DNA of 38,200 nt, taken from Acidimicrobiia bacterium (GTDB taxonomy: Bacteria > Actinomycetota > Acidimicrobiia > Spongiisociales > ZC4RG35). Under the pieces are notes generated by a model, which saw only the letters and a list, made by a program, of their open reading frames with translations, did no database searches and had not been told where the DNA came from. Location: assembly GCA_029240695.1 (NCBI GenBank), contig JARDZU010000002.1:1-38200 (forward strand), read 5' to 3'. This document shows positions 9,089 through 15,992 of the stretch, in pieces. The number at the start of each line of letters is the position of its first letter. The stretch's first letter is position 1. The position numbers were made by a program, and so were the translations under genes.

Positions 9089-10194
9089 ATGTCCCACTTG
9101 TCGACTTGAAATGGCAACACGCCGAGATCGTGGATGAGGTCATCGCCGGCCTCGAAGCTGTGATGGCAAACACTGCCTTCATCCACGGGCCGCAGGTTGC
9201 CGAATTCGAGCAGGCTTTCGCCGCATTCTGTGACGTGAGGAACTGTGTTGGCGTCGCCAGCGGGACGGATGCGCTCGAGATGGCAGTTCGGGGTCTTGGC
9301 CTCGGTGACGGAGACGAAGTGATCGTGCCGGCCAACAGCTTCATAGCAAGCACGCTCGGAGTGATTCGAGCCGGTGCACAGGTGAAGCTGGTCGATTGCG
9401 ATCCGGACACATACCTGATCGACGTCGATGCTGTGGATCGAGCGATGAGCCCAAACGTGAAGGCGATAATGCCCGTCCACCTCTTCGGCCAGACCGCCCC
9501 TGTCGAGGAGCTGTCGGCGATTGTTGGGGATGTGCCAATCATCGAAGACGCCGCCCAATCCCAGGGCGCCCGCCGGCACGGGAGGCTCGCAGGGTCACTC
9601 GGGCAAGTCGCCGCCACCAGCTTCTATCCAGGCAAGAACATCGGTGCCTATGGAGACGCCGGGGGAGTGCTGACAGACGACGACGAGCTTGCAAAACATG
9701 TGCGCAACTTGGGCAACTGGGGATCACCCGAGAAGTACCACCATCCGGTCATCGGCTTCAACTCACGCCTCGACACCATGCAGGCTGTGGTCCTCAGCGC
9801 AAAGCTCGCCCGGTTGGCCGATTGGAACAAGCTCCGCCAGGAGGCCGCCGATAGGTACAACGATTTGCTGCAGGCGCGAAGTCGGGTGCTGCCTCCGGTC
9901 GTCCTCGCCGGCAACGAGCACATCTGGCATCTCTATGTCGTCCGGGTGCCGGAGCGGAATCGGGTGCTCACGTTGCTCAACGACGATGGCATCGGGGCAG
10001 GTGTCCACTATCCGATCCCGATGCATCTGCAAGGTGCCCTGTCGTTCATGGGTCACCAGGAGGGCGATTTCCCTGCCACCGAAGCGGCTGCCCGTGAGAT
10101 GCTGTCGCTGCCGATGTTCCCAGGCATAACCGCGGAGCAACAGGAGCATGTGGTGGATTCGCTGCATCGCGCTGTCGACATGGTTTCGGGATAG
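9085..10194 (+). CDS. DegT/DnrJ/EryC1/StrS-family PLP sugar aminotransferase (WbpE/GnnB-like)
   Basis: FIHGPQVAEFEQAFAAF and SFYPGKNIGAYGDAGG (PLP lysine). 369 aa. Confidence 0.9.
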   Translation: MNVPLVDLKWQHAEIVDEVIAGLEAVMANTAFIHGPQVAEFEQAFAAFCDVRNCVGVASGTDALEMAVRGLGLGDGDEVIVPANSFIASTLGVIRAGAQVKLVDCDPDTYLIDVDAVDRAMSPNVKAIMPVHLFGQTAPVEELSAIVGDVPIIEDAAQSQGARRHGRLAGSLGQVAATSFYPGKNIGAYGDAGGVLTDDDELAKHVRNLGNWGSPEKYHHPVIGFNSRLDTMQAVVLSAKLARLADWNKLRQEAADRYNDLLQARSRVLPPVVLAGNEHIWHLYVVRVPERNRVLTLLNDDGIGAGVHYPIPMHLQGALSFMGHQEGDFPATEAAAREMLSLPMFPGITAEQQEHVVDSLHRAVDMVSG

Positions 10195-10197
10195 GGC

Positions 10198-10767
10198 ATG
10201 TCTGGCGTGACTTTCGTGCACCCTTCGGCTCTCGTGGAGACCTCGGACATCGGTGATGGGACCAGGGTCTGGGCATTCGCCCACGTAATGGAAGGGGCTG
10301 TGGTCGGCGCCGATTGCAAGATCGGCGATCATTCCTTCATCGAGAGCGGGGCCGTTCTCGGTGATCGCGTCGTTATCAAGAACAACTCACTCATCTGGCA
10401 CGGCGTCGTCATCGGCGACGACGTCTTCGTTGGTCCGAACACTGTTTTCACCAACGTCGTCGCTCCGCGCGCTCGGTATCAGACCCATCCGGAGGACTGG
10501 GAGAAGACCGAGGTGGCCGACCGGGTCACGATCGGAGCGAACAGCACGATCGTCAGCGGCATACGCCTCGGGTACAACTGCATGATCGGGGCTGGATCGG
10601 TGGTCACCAAGGACGTGCCGGATCACGGGCTCGTGTTCGGCAACCCTGCTCGGCCGGCGGGTTGGGTCTGCGACTGCGGTCAGAAACTCGAAGAGGATCT
10701 GACATGCCCGGCGTGCGAGAGGACATACCGGACCTCCTCGAGCGGACTGGCTCAAGTGCCGGCATGA
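10198..10767 (+). CDS. Left-handed beta-helix (hexapeptide) sugar N-acetyltransferase, WbpD/WlbB-like, with a C-terminal Cys4 tail
   Basis: Repeating [LIV]-G-x4 hexapeptides (IGDGTRVWAFAHVMEGAVVGADCKIGDHSFIESGAVLGDRVVI...). C-terminal WVCDCGQKLEEDLTCPACERTY. Confidence 0.85.
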   Translation: MSGVTFVHPSALVETSDIGDGTRVWAFAHVMEGAVVGADCKIGDHSFIESGAVLGDRVVIKNNSLIWHGVVIGDDVFVGPNTVFTNVVAPRARYQTHPEDWEKTEVADRVTIGANSTIVSGIRLGYNCMIGAGSVVTKDVPDHGLVFGNPARPAGWVCDCGQKLEEDLTCPACERTYRTSSSGLAQVPA

Positions 10768-11891
10768 CACTCGATCGTTCGCCTTCGTTTTCCCGGTTCG
10801 TTCCCGTGATCCTGGCAATCGCTGCGGTCTGCCTGGGCTGGATGATGGCCGCCTCGTTGTTGGCCGACAACGACTGGAATCCCAGTGTCTTCGTCAAGTT
10901 TCCCGAGGCGAAGCCCGCAGAGCTCGCCTATGGGGAGAAGATGCTTGGCGATGTGATCCCATCGGGGGGTTTCGGACATGACGGCAAGTTCTTCTTCATG
11001 CAGGCGATGGATCCCTTCTTCCTATCTCCCGAAGACCACGCCGCTTACCTCGATCGACCCACCTATCGCGCCCAACGCATGGTGTATCCGATACTGGCCG
11101 GCGGTTTTGGGCTGCTACCGGCCCAAGTCGTCTCGTGGAGTCTCCTCCTCGTCAACATCGTGGCCCTCGGAGTCGGAACCTGGTTGACAGCGCTGCTGGC
11201 GCGGGAATTGGGGCTGTCACCTTGGTTTGGCCTCGCATTCCTCCTCAACCCTGGGATCCTAGTCTCAAGTGTCATCGACACTGCTGAGGTGCTTGCGATG
11301 CTTTTCGTCGTGGCTGCAGCGTTGTACCTCATCCGGGAGAAACTTGGTCTTTCTGTCGTGTTCCTAACGCTCGCTGCCCTAACGCGAGAGACGATGCTTC
11401 TGGCTGCTGTTGGTGCCATTGCCTATGTCTGGCACAAGAAGCGCTCCGTCCCGAAGGTCTTGGCCGTGCCATTCGTGGCTAGCGCCGTTTGGTGGCTGTA
11501 TGTGCGATTGCAACTGGGTCATCTCGACGAGAGCGTCCAGGACACCCAGGCGCTTGGGCTGCCCTTCAAAGGCTTCTACGAAGCATTCCAGATCTGGATC
11601 TCGCAACCGGACTCAGAGGTCGACCTGATAGTGGGGATCGTCCTATTGGTCGTGTCGATCCTGGTCGCGATCCGAGCAGTCACGGATCGAAGCCTGCTCG
11701 GTCTGATGGGGGCCGGCTTCGTTCTACTTGCTGTCCTGATGGTCGAGGGAGTGTGGCGGTTCTATTTCGACGCCTCGCGCGCCCTGGTTCCGGTGATCAC
11801 CATCTACGTCCTCACCGTGTCGGCGTCCCGCCAGAGACAGAGGCGCCAACCGGAGCGAGCCGCGGTGCCTGTAAATCAGCCCAGTGGCTGA
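10764..11891 (+). CDS. Polytopic membrane protein of unknown family (context: glycopolymer assembly)
   Basis: Track ORF 10662..11891 trimmed to the ATG at 10764, which forms ATGA with the upstream stop. About 9-10 hydrophobic helices. First loop carries GHDGKFFFMQAMDPFF...YRAQRMVYP. The function is inferred from context only. Confidence 0.65.
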   Translation: MTLDRSPSFSRFVPVILAIAAVCLGWMMAASLLADNDWNPSVFVKFPEAKPAELAYGEKMLGDVIPSGGFGHDGKFFFMQAMDPFFLSPEDHAAYLDRPTYRAQRMVYPILAGGFGLLPAQVVSWSLLLVNIVALGVGTWLTALLARELGLSPWFGLAFLLNPGILVSSVIDTAEVLAMLFVVAAALYLIREKLGLSVVFLTLAALTRETMLLAAVGAIAYVWHKKRSVPKVLAVPFVASAVWWLYVRLQLGHLDESVQDTQALGLPFKGFYEAFQIWISQPDSEVDLIVGIVLLVVSILVAIRAVTDRSLLGLMGAGFVLLAVLMVEGVWRFYFDASRALVPVITIYVLTVSASRQRQRRQPERAAVPVNQPSG

Positions 11892-13305
11892 TAGCGAACC
11901 AACTGGTGGCGGTGTCACTGAGGCGGCCTCGAACGACGGCTCGAGGATGTTGTCCCGGGCTCAGCTGCGTCTGCTCGGGATCGCTCTCATCACGCTCGGA
12001 GCCAGCCACGTGTCGACGGGTGTCAGTGCCGGCCTGGTCATCGCCGGATTGGTTTTCGCTTTCGCCGGCACCTTCGGTCAATTTCCACCGACCAATGGTT
12101 CAGAAGTGCGGTGGGCCGCGGCGACTTCCCTTGTCATGCTCCTGGGCCTCGTTGGTCCTCCTATCGGCACCTACCCGTCATCGATCGCAGGCATCCGGCC
12201 CAGTTTGATCGTGGTCGGGGGGTTGGCATGTGTCGTCGCGTTCGGCCTTGGCCATCGCCACACCGGTCGCCTCGTTGCGGTGGCCCTCGTCCTGGGAGTC
12301 TCTGTCATCACAACCGGCGCCTTGATGGCTCAGGAGTGGGATTCGGGCGTCGGAACCGACATCTACCACGCTCATCGGGCAGCCGGAGAGGCGCTGACCG
12401 GTGGACAGAACCCATACACCGATGTGGTCCGGTTCGAGGATGGGAACCCATATCAGGAAGGGCGGGTGTTTGAGGGTTACCCGTATCCACCTGTGGTGCT
12501 CGGCACCTATGGATTGGCAGGGTCCATCACAGACCCGCGGCTGATCAGTTCCGCCGCCTGGCTTTTCTTCCTTGGATGGCTGGGCTGGCGTGCCGTTCGC
12601 CGGCGTTCCGGCGAGGCATGGGACTCGAGCTTTGCAGTCCTATTGGTTTTAGGACTGTCGCCACTGAACAGTCTGGTCTGGTTCATGGGTTGGACCGAGC
12701 CGCTCACCCTCGCCCTATTCGCAGTCGCTGCCATTCTGTGGGAGCGGTATCCGAAGACTTCCGGGGTCTTTCTGGGATTGGCGCTCGCGTCGAAGCAATA
12801 TTTGGTGTTCCTTGCACCGATGTTGTTGCTGCATCGTGACCGCGGGTGGAGGCCCAGGTCCATGATGGCCGCTGGCGTTGCCGGGTTGACGATCTTCGTG
12901 GGTTTGGCTCCCGACCCTCCCGCATATCTGCGCTCTACGATCGGCAATCTCGCTGATATAGCTTTTCGACCCGATACGCAGAGTCTCCCGGGCTTGGTGG
13001 ACTCTCTGGGCCTTCAATTGAATCTGCCCAACATCGTCTGGATTCTGATTGGGCTGGGGGTGACCACCCTCTTGGCAAGGTCCTCGTCGACGACGTCTGG
13101 CTTCATGATCCGGGCTGGGCTGGGTCTTGGTGCTGCCTTCGTGCTCGGAATGGCCTTCCCCAACTACTGGTTCTTGGTCGCCGGCCTGCTGGCCATCGGT
13201 ACGGTGCTGGAGCCGGTGGACGCTGGGGTGATGCATCCCGGCCGGAGCGAGACCGTCGATTCGTCTCAGGGACGTCGACAGGAAACGAGAATCGCCGGCG
13301 TGTGA
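11884..13305 (+). CDS. DUF2029/GT87-like polytopic glycosyltransferase (PimE-like, polyprenyl-P-sugar dependent)
   Basis: GTDIYHAHRAAGEALTGGQNPY ... FEGYPYPPVVL motifs are typical of the DUF2029 family. It has many TM helices. GTG at 11884 overlaps the upstream stop by 8 nt; ATG at 11947 is an alternative start. Confidence 0.7.
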   Translation: MADSEPTGGGVTEAASNDGSRMLSRAQLRLLGIALITLGASHVSTGVSAGLVIAGLVFAFAGTFGQFPPTNGSEVRWAAATSLVMLLGLVGPPIGTYPSSIAGIRPSLIVVGGLACVVAFGLGHRHTGRLVAVALVLGVSVITTGALMAQEWDSGVGTDIYHAHRAAGEALTGGQNPYTDVVRFEDGNPYQEGRVFEGYPYPPVVLGTYGLAGSITDPRLISSAAWLFFLGWLGWRAVRRRSGEAWDSSFAVLLVLGLSPLNSLVWFMGWTEPLTLALFAVAAILWERYPKTSGVFLGLALASKQYLVFLAPMLLLHRDRGWRPRSMMAAGVAGLTIFVGLAPDPPAYLRSTIGNLADIAFRPDTQSLPGLVDSLGLQLNLPNIVWILIGLGVTTLLARSSSTTSGFMIRAGLGLGAAFVLGMAFPNYWFLVAGLLAIGTVLEPVDAGVMHPGRSETVDSSQGRRQETRIAGV

Positions 13306-13910
13306 CGTCGTGCTCGGATGGTCGGGATGTGGAGATACGTCCGCCCCACGAGATACCTGAGCAGGCCATGCCATTCGACATCTTCGAAGCTCCAGGTCGC
13401 CCAGTCGACCCACTGTTGGCGTGACCACTTGTGGACGTGTGTCGGGTCTTTGTCGAGTCGTCGAATCACAGGCCCGGTCAAACCGTCATAGACGGGCACC
13501 ACGAAGGTCAGCAGACCGCCTGGCTTGAGCATGTGCGAAACCGACGATGAAACGGAATCGAGGTCAGGCACGTGTTCGAAGACGTCCCATGCCGTGATGA
13601 TGTCGAACGACTCGGCGGCAAAAGGCGCCTGCTCCGCCGAGGCTTGAACGATTGTGCCCTGTGGCAGTCGGCCCTCGGTTTGAGAGATCGCCTCCGGGTC
13701 GATGTCGGTGCCATAGAAGGTCCAACTCGGATGACGATGAGCCGCCCGCGCCAGGAAAGAGCCCAGGCCGCACCCCATGTCGAGAAGGTCTTTGGACCCC
13801 GAGCCTGTGCGTGCATCGATCCGGTCCAGGTAATGGTCCAGCTTGCGCTGCGGATTCTGGAGCTCGTAATCGCGATAGACGTGGTCGAAATAGTGGGCGG
13901 GCTCGCTCAT
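13266..13910 (-). CDS. Class I SAM-dependent methyltransferase
   Basis: Track ORF 13266..14171 trimmed to the ATG at 13908-13910 (GAAGG upstream, 11 nt after the GT2 stop). Motif I LLDMGCGLGSF; DIITAWDVFEHV. Confidence 0.8.
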   Translation of the reverse strand: MSEPAHYFDHVYRDYELQNPQRKLDHYLDRIDARTGSGSKDLLDMGCGLGSFLARAAHRHPSWTFYGTDIDPEAISQTEGRLPQGTIVQASAEQAPFAAESFDIITAWDVFEHVPDLDSVSSSVSHMLKPGGLLTFVVPVYDGLTGPVIRRLDKDPTHVHKWSRQQWVDWATWSFEDVEWHGLLRYLVGRTYLHIPTIRARRHTPAILVSCRRP

Positions 13911-13921
13911 GGGCGCCTTCG

Positions 13922-14686
13922 TCACGTGAACCTCCGCCTCCACATCAGGGCCAAGGTCCCGCGAATGGTCCCTCCTACGTCCATCTTCGATGAACCTTCC
14001 TTGAAGTCGTACCTGAGGATCAGGGGAACCTCGCCGAAGATGAGGTCCCGGTCCCGTCGCAGCTTGAGCAGGATGTCGACCATCACCTGAAAGCCGTCCT
14101 GGTCGAAGAACCCCGGGTCCTTCTCGATCACGTCCTGGAGAAGCCCGGCGCGATAGGCGCGATAGCCGCACGTGTAGTCCCGAATCCCGGGAATCGGGAA
14201 AACGACCTTGAAAAGGATCCCTGCAACCCGGCTGAGGACGCGTCGGCTGAAAGGGACTCCTCGGACTCTGCTGCCCTTGACGAAACGAGATGCAACTACG
14301 ACGTCATGGCCCTCGCGCACCATCCGGATCATCCGCAATATCAATTCCGGGGTATGCGTGTTGTCTGAGTCGAGGGTGACGATGACGTCGTTTGGACGGG
14401 CGAGGTCGCAGGCCCACTGGACACCATCGCGCAAGGTAGCTCCCAGGCCTTGATTCGGATCGTGCGTCATCACCTGCAGGGGGAGCTTGTTGGACCAGAC
14501 CTCAGCGACCTCGGCTGTGGCATCCGTCGAGCCATCGTCAACGACGAGAACTTCGAATCTGAGGTTGGCTTCTTCGGTGGCCTCGGCGATCCGCTCGAGA
14601 AGAGACGGCAGATCCTGCTCCTCGTTGTAGGCGGGAAGGACGATCCAAACCTTGCGTCCGCCATGCATTCGGGTGCTCGGGCTCAT
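13922..14686 (-). CDS. Family 2 glycosyltransferase, polyprenol-monophosphate-sugar synthase-like (Ppm1/DPM1-like)
   Basis: VWIVLPAYNEEQDLPSLLERI...LVVDDGSTDAT...TLDSDNTH GT-A signature. 254 aa, soluble. Confidence 0.85.
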   Translation of the reverse strand: MSPSTRMHGGRKVWIVLPAYNEEQDLPSLLERIAEATEEANLRFEVLVVDDGSTDATAEVAEVWSNKLPLQVMTHDPNQGLGATLRDGVQWACDLARPNDVIVTLDSDNTHTPELILRMIRMVREGHDVVVASRFVKGSRVRGVPFSRRVLSRVAGILFKVVFPIPGIRDYTCGYRAYRAGLLQDVIEKDPGFFDQDGFQVMVDILLKLRRDRDLIFGEVPLILRYDFKEGSSKMDVGGTIRGTLALMWRRRFT

Positions 14687-14720
14687 CTGTTTCCAACCTT
14701 TGAAATTCGCCAGAGCATTG

Positions 14721-15881
14721 TCATTTCATCGTCAGATGGGGAGCCGGGCTGGAGACGTAATCGGCTGCTGTCGGTTGCCTTTGACGCCCTTTGATGAGGT
14801 CGGCGAGCGCATCTACGGATCGTTGGGACGCCGACCCATCCCCAAAGGGTGTATCGATGCCCGTGAGCCCTTGGTGAACCTCGTCCGGGTTCAGAATCCA
14901 ATCATGTGCTTCCGCCATCATCGACTGGCTGGTGGAGACGAGCCTGGCGAATGTTCCAAGCACTTCCGGTCGCTCGGTCGATCTCCGCACCACGAGGATC
15001 GGGCGTTTGACGATCGATGCCTCCTCTTGAAGTCCCCCTGAGTCTGAGACAGCGAATGCGCACTCGGCCAAAAGGCTCAAGAAGTCGGTGTATCCGATCG
15101 GCTCGATGATCCGGATCTGATCGGAGGGCCGGATCCCAAATTTGCTCAAATGGGCTTTCGATCGAGGATGGAGAGGAAGCAATACGGGCAGGGGCAACCG
15201 GGCGAGCTCATCGAAGATCCTGGCAAGCGTCGTCGGATCGTCCACGTTTTCTGGTCGATGGAAAGTCGATAGGACATAACGCGCCGACGAGACGTGTTGG
15301 CGGCTGAGGATCTCTTGGCGGACGCCTGCCGATGGCAGCAACGTGTTCACCGCCTCCACGATCGTGTTGCCAGTGAAAATGATTCTGTCTTCAGGGATCC
15401 CCTCGGCGGTCAGGTTTTCCAATGCCGTGGGCGTTGGCGCCAGACAGAGATCAGCCAGGTGATCTGTGATCACCCGATTGTGCTCCTCAGGCATCCGTCG
15501 ATCGAAGCTTCGTAGGCCCGATTCGACATGGATCAGAGGTATCTCGCGGGCATTGGCTGCCAAGGCGGCGGCAACAGTGGAGTTTGTGTCTCCCTGCACC
15601 ACGACAGCATCGGGACGGTCATCGAGGAACGCACGCTCCAGGGATGAAAGCGCCAAGCCGATCTGGTCGCCCCGCGCTTTCCCACCGACCCCAACTAGCT
15701 CGCCGGTCGTCGCGATGCCGAACGCTTCGAAGAAGACATCGGTCAGCGTCGCGTCGTAGTGCTGGCCGGTGTGGATAACCCGCGCTGCAGGGCCCAACAG
15801 ACGAATCAAGTGTCCGAGCTTGATGATCTCGGGACGGGTCCCCAACACAACAGCGACGGAACTTGGTCTGAGCTCGCCCAT
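14721..15881 (-). CDS. wecB: UDP-N-acetylglucosamine 2-epimerase family (WecB/MnaA or WbpI-like)
   Basis: VAVVLGTRPEIIKL...HTGQHYD...VQGDTNS...SDSGGLQEE motifs. 386 aa. Confidence 0.9.
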   Translation of the reverse strand: MGELRPSSVAVVLGTRPEIIKLGHLIRLLGPAARVIHTGQHYDATLTDVFFEAFGIATTGELVGVGGKARGDQIGLALSSLERAFLDDRPDAVVVQGDTNSTVAAALAANAREIPLIHVESGLRSFDRRMPEEHNRVITDHLADLCLAPTPTALENLTAEGIPEDRIIFTGNTIVEAVNTLLPSAGVRQEILSRQHVSSARYVLSTFHRPENVDDPTTLARIFDELARLPLPVLLPLHPRSKAHLSKFGIRPSDQIRIIEPIGYTDFLSLLAECAFAVSDSGGLQEEASIVKRPILVVRRSTERPEVLGTFARLVSTSQSMMAEAHDWILNPDEVHQGLTGIDTPFGDGSASQRSVDALADLIKGRQRQPTAADYVSSPAPHLTMK

Positions 15882-15928
15882 GGTTCTTAGATCGTCTCAC
15901 TGACTGAGGACCTGAAACAGATCCGCAA

Positions 15929-15942
15929 CGAACAGGTGTTCG
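15929..15942. promoter_or_regulatory. Candidate LexA (SOS) operator upstream of uvrA
   Basis: Perfect palindrome CGAAC-AGGT-GTTCG (GAAC-N4-GTTC core of the Gram-positive/actinobacterial SOS box). It lies in the wecB/uvrA divergent intergenic region, about 50 nt upstream of the preferred uvrA start. Confidence 0.5.
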
Positions 15943-15992
15943 CCGTCGATCTGGATTACACTGTCGTAACTCAGGCGACCACCAGGCGGAGC

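Noticed and set aside
7672-9617. Long minus-strand ORFs 7672-8460, 8135-8881, 8815-9579 and 9081-9617 opposite the GT2, oxidoreductase and aminotransferase genes.
   Set aside because: They have no recognisable motifs and Arg/Ser/Pro/Gly-rich composition. Such ORFs are typical stop-poor antisense frames in high-GC DNA, and the plus-strand genes have clear family signatures.
12715-13428. Minus-strand 237-aa ORF overlapping the DUF2029-like gene and the methyltransferase.
   Set aside because: It is an out-of-frame shadow ORF with an implausible Arg/Pro/His-rich composition, and it conflicts with two supported genes.
13911-14171. N-terminal extensions of track ORFs 13266-14171, 25938-26930, 30264-30995, 31316-32173, 7979-9088 and 10662-11891.
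   Set aside because: In each case the extension overlaps the upstream gene in another frame and is compositionally odd. An internal ATG that gives a canonical family N-terminus sits at or within a few nt of the upstream stop, often as ATGA.
15936-15992. The track start (GTG 15936) for uvrA.
   Set aside because: The added 19 residues ([19 protein letters not shown]) are not part of the conserved UvrA N-terminus, and the GTG sits inside the SOS-box palindrome. GTG at 15993 gives (M)[17 protein letters not shown]. The SD spacing at 15993 is short, so some uncertainty remains.
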